This document shows positions 27,934-37,292 of a DNA stretch of 49,363 nt, piece after piece. Both the position numbers and the translations under genes were made by a program. This DNA is from Pelagibacteraceae bacterium (GTDB taxonomy: Bacteria > Pseudomonadota > Alphaproteobacteria > Pelagibacterales > Pelagibacteraceae): the NCBI GenBank assembly GCA_011526385.1, contig WTIW01000011.1:1-49363 (forward strand). The letters are read 5' to 3'. The notes beneath the pieces are model-generated. The model saw only the letters and a list, made by a program, of their open reading frames with translations. It was not told where the DNA came from and did not search any database. Within the stretch, counting starts at the first letter, position 1; every line of letters starts with the position of its first letter.

Positions 27934-28038
27934 TTATTTATTATTTTTCTTTTGTTTCTTTTGGAAAGTTTTTCTTTTTCTTAAATTTTTTTTAAGTGCA
28001 AGTTCAAGTCTACTAAGCTTATCCTTCTTAGAATTCAT
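27934..28038 (-). CDS. Small basic protein MNSKKDKLSRLELALKKNLRKRKTFQKKQKKNNK (not in ORF track)
   Basis: Hand translation; its stop abuts the dcd ATG and its start is 4 nt from the previous stop; RL..AL..NL..RK pattern. Confidence 0.7.
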   Translation of the reverse strand: MNSKKDKLSRLELALKKNLRKRKTFQKKQKKNNK

Positions 28039-28042
28039 TGAA

Positions 28043-28240
28043 TTATTTTTTGTCAGGATTTGTAAGATGGTCTAAAGTTATAACTTGGTCTATAGGAATA
28101 GTTTTATCTTGCTCTTGCTTTACATCTCCTTGCTTAGCTTGTTTTTTGGCTCTTTTCTCTGCAAGCTTTTTTTCTCGTTTAGCTTGCTTTTCCATAGCTT
28201 TGGCGCCTCTAGTAGATTTATAGTCGTAGTGAATTCCCAT
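28043..28240 (-). CDS. Small Lys-rich hypothetical protein (likely start ATG 28240)
   Basis: GAAGGA SD-like sequence upstream of the second ATG; fills the space at the head of the operon. Confidence 0.65.
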   Translation of the reverse strand: MGIHYDYKSTRGAKAMEKQAKREKKLAEKRAKKQAKQGDVKQEQDKTIPIDQVITLDHLTNPDKK

Positions 28241-28295
28241 ATCATTTCCTTCAAAATAGGTATAACCCATTTTTGAAAAAAATTAAGGCAATAAT

Positions 28296-28324
28296 TTGAA
28301 AAAGTTTATTTTATACACTAAATT
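28296..28324 (+). promoter_or_regulatory. Candidate sigma70 promoter of tRNA-Thr (TTGAAA-N17-TAAATT)
   Basis: Correct spacing; ends 13 nt before the tRNA 5' end; AT-rich background weakens the call. Confidence 0.4.
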
Positions 28325-28337
28325 TAAATTGTAATTC

Positions 28338-28411
28338 GCCCCTATAGTTAAATGGTATAACACATCCATGGTAAGGATGAGTTTCCAGTTCAATTCTGGG
28401 TGGGGGCACCA
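28338..28411 (+). tRNA. tRNA-Thr (GGU)
   Basis: GCCCCTA/TGGGGGC acceptor stem, CATCC-ATGGTAA-GGATG anticodon arm, TTCAATT T-loop, ACCA end. Confidence 0.95.
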
Positions 28412-28414
28412 TAA

Positions 28415-29134
28415 TTAATTTCTGTAAAATTTTTTTCTTAAGAGAAATCCAATCAAAACTAAAATAATCATTCCAATAATTGGTAAATAAATATCTGGAG
28501 TTAAAACTAATTCTAAGAGACTTGGCACTTCTGAGTTTTCCTCTAAAATTTTATTTAGTCCTGCCCCAAGAGATGCACCAACAAATAATTGTGGGGCCAT
28601 TCCAATTAATGATCCTAAAAAAAAATTTCTAACTTTGACATTAAATAATGTTGGCAAAACATTTGATATGAAAAAAGGAATTCCACCTATAAATCTATAG
28701 ATTAAAAAAAATATAAATTCATTTTTTTTAAACTTTTCTGTCAAGCTTCCAAAGCGTGATGCAAATTTTTCCTCTACCAAATCTTTTAAGAAATAATTCG
28801 CAAACATATAAAGAAAGGTAGCACCAATACTTAGTCCAAAGACAATAAGCAAAGTACCTAACCATTTTCCAAAGATGAAACCTCCAACTAAAAATATTGG
28901 AGAACCAAAACCTAATAGAAGCACCCAGATAATTGTACCCAGAAGAAATATGATGCTTGATAAAAATATATTACTATTTTTTAATTCTTCTAATGTATCT
29001 CTATTTTGTTTAATCAGATCATAACTTGAAAAATCTTGAAATGAAAAATTGCTAAAAAAGATCCATAAAAAAATAGATACAATTAGAAGATATCCAAAAC
29101 CTAAAATTAATTTGATTTTTTTTTCCTTATTCAT
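28415..29134 (-). CDS. TVP38/TMEM64 (VTT/DedA superfamily) membrane protein
   Basis: Multiple TM helices; GGFIFG..LG, GAT, R...GIPF...N, F.LGS.IG..P pattern. Confidence 0.85.
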   Translation of the reverse strand: MNKEKKIKLILGFGYLLIVSIFLWIFFSNFSFQDFSSYDLIKQNRDTLEELKNSNIFLSSIIFLLGTIIWVLLLGFGSPIFLVGGFIFGKWLGTLLIVFGLSIGATFLYMFANYFLKDLVEEKFASRFGSLTEKFKKNEFIFFLIYRFIGGIPFFISNVLPTLFNVKVRNFFLGSLIGMAPQLFVGASLGAGLNKILEENSEVPSLLELVLTPDIYLPIIGMIILVLIGFLLRKKFYRN

Positions 29135-29216
29135 TGATCTCTAATTTATTAAAAATCGCTGTACTTATATATATTTATTTGTATAAGTACGGAAATTTAA
29201 CAATAATTAACTAATC

Positions 29217-29354
29217 ATGAAACGTACATATCAACCAAGTAATAGAGTTCGTAAAAAATCTGTCGGCTTTAGAGCCAAAATGAAAACCAAAGGTGGACGA
29301 AAAGTTCTTAAAAGAAGAAGAGCTAAAGGAAGAAAAAAATTAACTAATGCTTAA
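29217..29354 (+). CDS. rpmH: 50S ribosomal protein L34 (not in ORF track)
   Basis: Hand translation [45 protein letters not shown]; TAATG overlap with rnpA. Confidence 0.98.
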   Translation: MKRTYQPSNRVRKKSVGFRAKMKTKGGRKVLKRRRAKGRKKLTNA

Positions 29355-29695
29355 TGAAAAGCAAGATAGTTAGTCTTTCCAAAAACGAAGAATTTAAATC
29401 AATCCTTGGTGGAAAAAAAATATCTAATAAATATTTAACAATTTTTTTTAAGAAATTATCTGATAAGAACAACAAAAAATTAAACATTAGTTTTGTAGCT
29501 AAAAAAAAAATTGGTAACGCAGTAAGTAGAAACAAAATTAAAAGAAGATTAAAAAATATTATGAATGATGCTGTTAAAAATATAAAAATTAATTTCAATT
29601 ATTCTTATCTTTTAATAGCCAGAAAAACTGTGTTGGAAGATGCATATAAAGAAATCAAAGAAAAAATTTTTCTAGATTTCGGAAAAATTAAGTAA
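29354..29695 (+). CDS. rnpA: Ribonuclease P protein component
   Basis: KKKIGNAVSRNKIKRRL (RNR motif); follows rpmH. Confidence 0.93.
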   Translation: MKSKIVSLSKNEEFKSILGGKKISNKYLTIFFKKLSDKNNKKLNISFVAKKKIGNAVSRNKIKRRLKNIMNDAVKNIKINFNYSYLLIARKTVLEDAYKEIKEKIFLDFGKIK

Positions 29696-29943
29696 TGAGA
29701 GTAATAAATTATTTTTTTATATATTTAATTAAAGGTTATAAATTTTTACTAAGCCCTTTATTTTATAATTCTTGCAAATTTGAACCTTCTTGCAGTACTT
29801 ATTGTATGGAATGCTTTGAAAAATATAATTTTATAAAAGCAATATATAAATCTACAATTAGAATTTTAAGATGTAATCCTTGGTTTGGTCATGGTGGACA
29901 TGATCCTGTTGAAAAATTAAAAGGAACAAAAAGTGGATTCTAA
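29695..29943 (+). CDS. yidD: Membrane protein insertion efficiency factor YidD
   Basis: CKFEPSCSTY, RILRCNPW..GG.DPV. Confidence 0.93.
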   Translation: MRVINYFFIYLIKGYKFLLSPLFYNSCKFEPSCSTYCMECFEKYNFIKAIYKSTIRILRCNPWFGHGGHDPVEKLKGTKSGF

Positions 29944-31612
29944 AAACGTAATAGCGGCAATATCATTAAGTGCAGCAGTAATAATTCTTTATGGATTATT
30001 TTTTGCTCCCCCGCCACCAAATCCTGATCAAATAAATAATGAGAAGAATAAAATTGAGCAAACAGGTAATGAGGCACCATCTTTAGATCAAAATGTCGAG
30101 GTTTCAAAAATATCAAGAGAAGAGGCAATTGAAAATGAGGACCGAATAAATTTTGAAAATAGTACTGTAATAGGATCTATCTCTTTAGTTGGGGCTTCGA
30201 TAGATGATTTAACCTTTAAAAAATATACTAACACACTTAACGGTGATGATAACGTTGTCCTTTTAAATCCAAAGAAGATTGAAAATGGCTACTATGTAGA
30301 AACTGGGTGGGCAACCACAAATAAAGATATAAACGTACCCAACTCTAAATCAGTTTGGAAGCTAGAGGGCAATAATAAATTATCTCCTAATTCACCTGTA
30401 AAGATCTCATGGACAAATGATCAGAATATTAAGTTTGTAAAAGATATTAGTATTGATGATCAATATTTATTCAAAGTAAAACAAACTATCATTAACAATT
30501 CTGAAAAAACTTATAATTTTTACCCTTATGGTCAAATTATTAGAAATATAGCACCAGATGTAACTGATTTTTATATTCTGCACGAAGGTTTAATTGGTGT
30601 TTTTGATGATCAATTAGTTGAAGAAGATTATGATGATATAGAGGAAAAGAAATTCTCAGTTAATGCTGACAAAGGTTGGCTTGGAATTACTGATAAATAT
30701 TGGATAACAAGTTTAATACCTCAAGAAAATCGTAAATTTAGAACTGATTTTGATTATAAAAATAAGTTTAGAGCTAACTTTATTGAAACGAGTGCAACAG
30801 AAGTTGGTGCTAATGAGACAAAATCAAATGAAATAAGAATAATAATTGCAGCAAAAGAGGTTGATATTATTGACGGATATGCGGAAAATTTAAATATAAG
30901 TAAATACGATCTAGCAATAGATTGGGGATGGTTTTACTTTATAGTTAAACCGTTATTCTTTGTAATCGATTACTTCTTTAAATTAACTGGAAACTTTGGA
31001 ATAGCGATTATTTTAATAACTATTTGTATTAGAATAGTATTTTTCCCTCTTGCAAACTATTCATTCAGATCAATGGCAAAAATGAAAGTGCTTCAGCCAG
31101 AAATGACTAGGCTAAAAGAGCTTCATAAAGAAGATAAGATGAAACTTCAGCAGGAAATGATGGCATTATACAAAAAGGAAAAGGTAAATCCTGTCAGCGG
31201 TTGTTTGCCTATATTCATTCAAATTCCTTTTTTCTTTGCGATTTATAAAATGCTTTTCGTTACAATTGAGATGCGTCATCAGCCATTTTTTGGATGGATT
31301 AAAGACCTTAGTGAAAAAGACCCAACATCAATATTCAATATTTTTGGTCTTATACCTTGGGACCCACCATCATTTTTAATCATTGGTGCTTGGCCAGTTG
31401 CAATGGGTATAACAATGTGGTTGCAACAAAAATTAAATCCAACACCACCAGATCCTGTTCAAGCAAAAATATTTATGTTCTTTCCATTATTTTTAACAGT
31501 AATACTAGCGCCGTTCCCATCTGGTTTAGTAATTTACTGGACAATCAATAACATACTAACAATGGCACAACAGTACGTTATTATGAAAAGAACTACTGTA
31601 AAAACTCAATAA
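29933..31612 (+). CDS. yidC: Membrane protein insertase YidC (GTG start)
   Basis: DWGWF, NP..GCLP..IQIP.FFA, WI.DLS..DP, GLVIYW..NN. Confidence 0.97.
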   Translation: MDSKNVIAAISLSAAVIILYGLFFAPPPPNPDQINNEKNKIEQTGNEAPSLDQNVEVSKISREEAIENEDRINFENSTVIGSISLVGASIDDLTFKKYTNTLNGDDNVVLLNPKKIENGYYVETGWATTNKDINVPNSKSVWKLEGNNKLSPNSPVKISWTNDQNIKFVKDISIDDQYLFKVKQTIINNSEKTYNFYPYGQIIRNIAPDVTDFYILHEGLIGVFDDQLVEEDYDDIEEKKFSVNADKGWLGITDKYWITSLIPQENRKFRTDFDYKNKFRANFIETSATEVGANETKSNEIRIIIAAKEVDIIDGYAENLNISKYDLAIDWGWFYFIVKPLFFVIDYFFKLTGNFGIAIILITICIRIVFFPLANYSFRSMAKMKVLQPEMTRLKELHKEDKMKLQQEMMALYKKEKVNPVSGCLPIFIQIPFFFAIYKMLFVTIEMRHQPFFGWIKDLSEKDPTSIFNIFGLIPWDPPSFLIIGAWPVAMGITMWLQQKLNPTPPDPVQAKIFMFFPLFLTVILAPFPSGLVIYWTINNILTMAQQYVIMKRTTVKTQ

Positions 31613-32461
31613 ATGGATTTAGAAAAAATTCTACCTAACAATGGTCCATCCATTGAAGAAGTAAAAAAATATATAAATAAATATTCTAATGACATCATTG
31701 TTATAAAATGTGGTGGCTCTGTTCTTCTTGAAAAAAAACTATTTGATCAATTTATTGAGGATATTGCAGTCATAAATAAACTTGGGCTATCAGCAGTTGT
31801 AGTTCACGGTGGTGGTAAAAATATTAAAAAGAAACTTGATAAATATAATTTAAAATCTGAATTCATTGATGGCTTAAGAGTAACTGATGAAAAAACAATT
31901 AAAGTTGTTGAGGAAGCACTTCTTGAATTAAATTTTGAAATTTTAAATGATTTAAATAATCATCAGTCTAATGCTTTATCTATAACACCTAAACAAAATA
32001 ATATTATTAAAGTTAAACCTGAAAAAAAAGAACTAGGCTTTGTTGGGGCACCCACTGAAATAAAAAAAGATTTATTATTAGAAGCTATCAAAGATAAAAA
32101 AATACCCTTAATTGTTCCAATGGGCATAGGCGAAGATAACAATATTTACAATATAAACGCTGATGTAGCCGCAGGTGCAATAGCAAAAGAACTGAAAGCT
32201 AGAAGATTATTGTTAATGACAGATGTTGAAGGAGTTTTAGATCAAAATCAAAAACTGATTAGTGAGATTAATTCATCTATTGCAACTCAAATGTTAGAAA
32301 ATAAATCTATTTCGGGAGGTATGATACCAAAAATTAAAACATGCCTTGATGCGGTTAATAACGGTGTAACTGGCGTAGTTATTGTTGATGGTAGAAAACA
32401 ACACTCTATTTTATTTGAAATTTTTTCAGATGTGGGTGCAGGAACATTGATTAGAAAATGA
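31613..32461 (+). CDS. argB: Acetylglutamate kinase
   Basis: IKCGGS, VHGGG, GLRVTD, NINAD, GGMIPK. Confidence 0.96.
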   Translation: MDLEKILPNNGPSIEEVKKYINKYSNDIIVIKCGGSVLLEKKLFDQFIEDIAVINKLGLSAVVVHGGGKNIKKKLDKYNLKSEFIDGLRVTDEKTIKVVEEALLELNFEILNDLNNHQSNALSITPKQNNIIKVKPEKKELGFVGAPTEIKKDLLLEAIKDKKIPLIVPMGIGEDNNIYNINADVAAGAIAKELKARRLLLMTDVEGVLDQNQKLISEINSSIATQMLENKSISGGMIPKIKTCLDAVNNGVTGVVIVDGRKQHSILFEIFSDVGAGTLIRK

Positions 32462-33129
32462 AAAATTTAGAAAATATAAAAAATATTTTATTTGATTGTG
32501 ATGGAGTGCTTTATAGTGATCTAGAGGGCGTATTTGGTCAGGTGAGCAAAAAGATGACCCAATACATATCAAATAAACTTAATGTTGATTTAAAAAAAGC
32601 TAAAGAATTACAAACAAATTATTTCCATAAATATAATACAAGTCTAAACGGGCTAATGATACATCATGATATTCCTCCAAGAGAATTTCTTGATTACGTA
32701 CATGATATTGATTTATCTTTTTTAGAAAAAGATAAAGTTTTAAGAGGTGAGCTTGAAAATATTAGTTTGAATAAATTTGTATTTACCAATGGTAGCAAAG
32801 AACATGTTAAGAATATAACATCTCATCTTGGTATAGAAGATCAATTTGATGGTGTGTTTGATATTGTTGATGCAGAATACCATCCAAAACCAGAGGCTCG
32901 AGCTTTTGATTTAATGATAGAAAAATTTAAAATAGATCCAAAAGAAACTCTTTATATCGAAGATATCGCTAAAAATTTGTCTATTGGAAAAGAAAGAGGA
33001 ACAACTACAGTTTGGTTAATCAATGACGAATACTGGGGCAAAAAAGAGTCTGATAAAGAATATATTGATTATAAAATTGAAAATCTCTCTTTATTTTTAA
33101 AAGAAATAAGGTTATTAAAAAACTCATAA
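32458..33129 (+). CDS. HAD family hydrolase, pyrimidine 5'-nucleotidase-like
   Basis: [21 protein letters not shown]; argB-HAD-dapD order. Confidence 0.85.
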   Translation: MKNLENIKNILFDCDGVLYSDLEGVFGQVSKKMTQYISNKLNVDLKKAKELQTNYFHKYNTSLNGLMIHHDIPPREFLDYVHDIDLSFLEKDKVLRGELENISLNKFVFTNGSKEHVKNITSHLGIEDQFDGVFDIVDAEYHPKPEARAFDLMIEKFKIDPKETLYIEDIAKNLSIGKERGTTTVWLINDEYWGKKESDKEYIDYKIENLSLFLKEIRLLKNS

Positions 33130-33133
33130 AACG

Positions 33134-33961
33134 ATGAGTATAGAAAATATAATCAATGATGCTTGGGAAAAAAGAGATCAAGTAAATCCAAACTCAGATC
33201 AAAACTTAAAAGACACTGTTAATCAAATAATTGAAGATCTTGATAGTGGAAAAGTAAGAGTTGCAGAAAAAATAAATGGTGAGTGGGTAACACACCAGCA
33301 TATTAAGAAAGCTATAATGCTAAGTTTTAGAATGTATCCAATGGAAAATTTAAACGGTCCATATAGCAGCTGGTATGATAAGGCACATTTACTTAAAGGT
33401 AAAACAGCAGGTTGGACAAAAGAAGATCATGAAAAGGCTGGTTTTAGAATGGTTCCAAATTCACCAGTTAGAAAAGGTTCTTTTGTTGGAAAGAACGCAG
33501 TACTAATGCCATGTTATGTAAATATCGGTGCTTACATTGATGAAGGTACAATGATAGATACTTTTGCAAGAGCGGGTAGTTGTTGTCAGATAGGAAAGAA
33601 TTGTCATATCTCTGCAGGCTCTGGTGTTGGTGGTGTATTAGAACCTGCACAAGCTTTGCCAACAATTATTGAAGATAATGTTTTTCTTGGTGCAATGTCC
33701 GAGGTAGTTGAAGGAGTTATTGTGGGTGAAGGCTCAGTTTTAAGTATGGGTATGTATATTGGTCAATCTACAAAGATTGTAAATAGAAAAACAGGTGAAA
33801 TAACGTATGGAAAAATTCCACCCTACTCAGTTGTGGTGCCAGGTTCGCTACCAGATAAAAATAATTCTGAAGCACCTTCGTTATATTGTGCAGTCATAAT
33901 CAAACAAGTCGATGAAAAAACAAGATCTAAAACATCCATAAACGATCTTTTAAGAGAGTAA
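33134..33961 (+). CDS. dapD: Tetrahydrodipicolinate N-succinyltransferase
   Basis: [35 protein letters not shown]. Confidence 0.96.
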   Translation: MSIENIINDAWEKRDQVNPNSDQNLKDTVNQIIEDLDSGKVRVAEKINGEWVTHQHIKKAIMLSFRMYPMENLNGPYSSWYDKAHLLKGKTAGWTKEDHEKAGFRMVPNSPVRKGSFVGKNAVLMPCYVNIGAYIDEGTMIDTFARAGSCCQIGKNCHISAGSGVGGVLEPAQALPTIIEDNVFLGAMSEVVEGVIVGEGSVLSMGMYIGQSTKIVNRKTGEITYGKIPPYSVVVPGSLPDKNNSEAPSLYCAVIIKQVDEKTRSKTSINDLLRE

Positions 33962-33963
33962 AA

Positions 33964-35121
33964 ATGCCAAAAATTAATGAACTCCAGTTAGCTAAAGAGC
34001 TAATTAGGTTTCCTTCTATAACTCCAGTTGATGCTGGGATAATGAGTTTCCTAGAAAAAAAACTAAAGAGTTTAGGATTTAAAACTAAAATACTTGAATT
34101 TAAGGAAAAAAATACAAAACCAGTAAAAAATCTTTATGCAAGACTGGGTAATAAAGGTCCAAATTTTTGTTATGCAGGCCATTTGGACGTTGTCCCAGCA
34201 GGTAATTTAAAAGATTGGACGGTAAATCCATTTAAACCTGCGATAAAAAATGGTCATTTAATTGGTAGAGGGGCAAATGATATGAAAAGCTCCATTGCAG
34301 CGTTCGTTGCAGCAGTAAGTAATTTTGTTTTATCTAATAAAAAGTTTAAAGGCTCTATAAGTTTTTTAATAACTGGTGATGAGGAAGGTGTTGCAATAAA
34401 TGGTACTAAAAAGGTCGTAGAATATTTAAGAAAGAAAAAAGAAAAAATAGATTTTTGTTTAGTGGGTGAACCTACTAATCCAAACAAACTTGGCGAAATG
34501 ATAAAAATAGGTCGTAGAGGTAGTATGACTGGTAGATTGTCTGTAATCGGAGTGCAAGGACATGTTGCGTATCCTCAAAGAGCTAATAATCCATCTACAG
34601 CGCTTGTTCAAATTCTTAAAGAATTAAAAGAAATTAAATTTGATAAAGGAACAAAAGACTTTCAACCAACAAATTTAGAAATAACTAAAATTAATATAAA
34701 TAATTCTGCAGACAATGTTATACCAGGATTAGCTAATGCTACTTTTAACATTAGATTTAATAACAAACATTCATCAAATTCATTAAAGAAAAAGATTAAT
34801 AAAATTATTCAAAAAATATGCAAAAAAAATAAATCAAAATTTAAAATGGAATATAATGTTTCGGGTGAAGCTTTTTTAACTAAACCTAATAAAACTACTT
34901 TTATGGTTAGGGATACAATTAAAAAAATTACTAAAATAAATCCAGTATTCTCAACAACTGGCGGTACTTCGGATGCAAGATTTATTAGAAAAATCTCTCC
35001 CTGTTTAGAGTTTGGATTGGTTGGTAGAACTATGCATAAAATAGATGAAGTAGTTGCTCTAACAGACTTAAAAAAATTAACTTTAATATATTTAAATATT
35101 TTAAAAAATTACTTTAAGTGA
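33964..35121 (+). CDS. dapE: Succinyl-diaminopimelate desuccinylase
   Basis: GHLDVVP, GRGA.DMK, GDEEG, GRRGS, QGHVAYP, GGTSDARF. Confidence 0.96.
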   Translation: MPKINELQLAKELIRFPSITPVDAGIMSFLEKKLKSLGFKTKILEFKEKNTKPVKNLYARLGNKGPNFCYAGHLDVVPAGNLKDWTVNPFKPAIKNGHLIGRGANDMKSSIAAFVAAVSNFVLSNKKFKGSISFLITGDEEGVAINGTKKVVEYLRKKKEKIDFCLVGEPTNPNKLGEMIKIGRRGSMTGRLSVIGVQGHVAYPQRANNPSTALVQILKELKEIKFDKGTKDFQPTNLEITKININNSADNVIPGLANATFNIRFNNKHSSNSLKKKINKIIQKICKKNKSKFKMEYNVSGEAFLTKPNKTTFMVRDTIKKITKINPVFSTTGGTSDARFIRKISPCLEFGLVGRTMHKIDEVVALTDLKKLTLIYLNILKNYFK

Positions 35122-36047
35122 AAACTGGTTTAATCACCTCTAATACATACAAAAATCATAATACTGGTGATGGACATCCAGAAAAAATTGATCGTGTTAC
35201 AGCGGTGATTGAAAATTTTAAAAAAATAGATAACAAAAATTTAATTTGGAAAAAACCAAATGATTATGACCAATCGATATTATCTAAAACTCATTCATCA
35301 AATTATATTGATCAAGTTCAAAATTCTTTCCCTACAAAAGGTTTGTATTTTCTAGATGGAGACACAGTTGTTTCACCTGGAAGTAAAGATGCTACAAAAG
35401 ATGCTGTTGGTTCAATTATTACGGCAATTGATGGTGTTGAAAATAAAGAATTTAAGAACGCTTTTTGTTGTGTAAGACCACCTGGACACCATGCTGAAAA
35501 AGAAAAAGCTATGGGGTTTTGCATTTATAATAATGTTGCCGTAGGTGCTAATTATTTAATTGAAAAATATAAGTATAAAAAAATAGCAATTATTGATTTT
35601 GATGTTCATCATGGAAATGGAACTCAGGATATCTTTTATAATAATAAAAATGTTTTATATATTTCAACTCACCAATACCCTTATTATCCAGGATCAGGAT
35701 CAGAGAAAGAAAATGGAAAATTCAATAATATATTAAATATACCCCTCAGTGCAGGTACAACTGCTGAACAATATTTAAATGCATACGAACATGCATTGAA
35801 TAAAATCCAAGAATTTAAACCAGAATTTATATTGTTTTCTGCCGGTTTTGATGCCCACATGGATGACCCCTTAGCACAACTAAGATTAAGTTCTGAAGAC
35901 TTTTATATTATTACAAAAAGAACATTGGAAATCTCGAAACCATTTTGTAATGGAAATGTTGTATCTATTTTAGAGGGTGGTTATGATCTACAAGCCTTGC
36001 AAAAAAGTACTCAACGCCATGTCGATGCACTTATAGAATTTAATTGA
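35118..36047 (+). CDS. Histone deacetylase family Zn-dependent amidohydrolase (GTG start)
   Basis: HPE, RPPGHHA, GFC, DFDVHHGNGT, SAGFDAH..DPL, EGGY all intact. Confidence 0.93.
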   Translation: MKTGLITSNTYKNHNTGDGHPEKIDRVTAVIENFKKIDNKNLIWKKPNDYDQSILSKTHSSNYIDQVQNSFPTKGLYFLDGDTVVSPGSKDATKDAVGSIITAIDGVENKEFKNAFCCVRPPGHHAEKEKAMGFCIYNNVAVGANYLIEKYKYKKIAIIDFDVHHGNGTQDIFYNNKNVLYISTHQYPYYPGSGSEKENGKFNNILNIPLSAGTTAEQYLNAYEHALNKIQEFKPEFILFSAGFDAHMDDPLAQLRLSSEDFYIITKRTLEISKPFCNGNVVSILEGGYDLQALQKSTQRHVDALIEFN

Positions 36048-36079
36048 TTAAATAACCTAAATATTTAAATAAACGCTAA

Positions 36080-36550
36080 ATGAAATTATACAAAATTAAA
36101 AAATCAAATATTGACAAAAAAGGTAGGGGTTTGTACGCAGCAAAAGATATTAAAGCTGGCACTAAAATTATTGATTACATTGGAAAGATCATAACTAATA
36201 AGCAAGTCGATGAATCTGATAAATTTGATAACTCAAAACCTATTTATTTATTCACTCTAAATAAGAGGTATACTTTAGATGGAGACTTTCCATGGAATAC
36301 AGCGGGTTTAATAAATCACTCATGTGATAATAACTGTGATTATGAAGGTAAGGGACTTAAAATTTGGGTTACTGCCACCAAAGATATTAAAAAAGGAGAA
36401 GAACTCACATGTGATTATGGGTTTGGATATGACAAAGACTACAAACAGTTTCCTTGTAAATGTAAATCAAAAAATTGCTGTGGCTACATAGTTAGAGCTG
36501 AGTCTAGATGGAGAATAAATAAAAAATTTGCAATGGGTAATAAAAAGTAA
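36080..36550 (+). CDS. SET-domain protein-lysine methyltransferase with post-SET motif
   Basis: GRGLYA, INHSC, GEELTCDYG, CKCKSKNCCG. Confidence 0.92.
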   Translation: MKLYKIKKSNIDKKGRGLYAAKDIKAGTKIIDYIGKIITNKQVDESDKFDNSKPIYLFTLNKRYTLDGDFPWNTAGLINHSCDNNCDYEGKGLKIWVTATKDIKKGEELTCDYGFGYDKDYKQFPCKCKSKNCCGYIVRAESRWRINKKFAMGNKK

Positions 36551-36551
36551 A

Positions 36552-37292
36552 TTAATATATTACTTTCTCCAAATATAGACCATGAGCAGGTGCGAGAGGA
36601 GCGCATTTTTTCCTATCTTTAGATTTTAAAATTATATTAAATTTTTTCAAATCCCATTTTTTTTCTGATAAGTATTTAAGTGAACCAACCATTGATCTTA
36701 CCTGACTTTTTAAAAAAGAAGGTGATTTTATTCTTATCTTAATTTGTTTTTTTGATTTTAAAATTTGGATTTTATTAATCGTTCTAATAGGGCTTTTGGC
36801 AGCACAATTTGATGCCCTGAATGTAGAAAAATCATGTGTACCAATTAATTTTTTTGCGCCTCTTTTCATTAAATTAATATCTAATTTATTTCTTATATTC
36901 CATTCTCTATTATAATTTATCATTGAAGGTGCAGGATCATTTCTGATTAAATACAAATAGGTTCTTTCTTTTGCAGAAAATCTTGAATGAAAATTTTGAT
37001 TTCTTGCCTTTATTTTAAGAATTGAAATATTTTTTTTATTTAGAAAAAAATTTAATGATTTTAAAAACTTTCTTTTATCTATAATTTTGTTTTTACAGTC
37101 AAAATGAGCTGATTGCTCTAGTGCATGAACTCCAGCATCAGTTCTTCCAGATCCATGTAATTTTATTTTTTCCTTTAATAGTTTTGATAGTATATTTTGA
37201 ATTGTTTTTTGAACAGAATTACCTTTTTTTTGTGTCTGCCAACCTACAAAGGATGTTCCTACATACTCTATGAGTATTTGATATCTATTCAT
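36552..37292 (-). CDS. truA: tRNA pseudouridine(38-40) synthase
   Basis: GSGRTDAGVHA, G.HDFS.F, SFL..QVR.MVG, GLYL..V.Y. Confidence 0.96.
   Translation of the reverse strand: MNRYQILIEYVGTSFVGWQTQKKGNSVQKTIQNILSKLLKEKIKLHGSGRTDAGVHALEQSAHFDCKNKIIDKRKFLKSLNFFLNKKNISILKIKARNQNFHSRFSAKERTYLYLIRNDPAPSMINYNREWNIRNKLDINLMKRGAKKLIGTHDFSTFRASNCAAKSPIRTINKIQILKSKKQIKIRIKSPSFLKSQVRSMVGSLKYLSEKKWDLKKFNIILKSKDRKKCAPLAPAHGLYLEKVIY

Noticed and set aside
23501-28411. Integrative element at one of the three tRNAs
   Set aside because: No duplicated tRNA 3' end, integrase or foreign gene block seen; the flanks are core genes.
29135-29216. oriC next to rpmH (also considered upstream of gyrB)
   Set aside because: No DnaA-box cluster and no dnaA/dnaN; the spacer is only about 80 nt.
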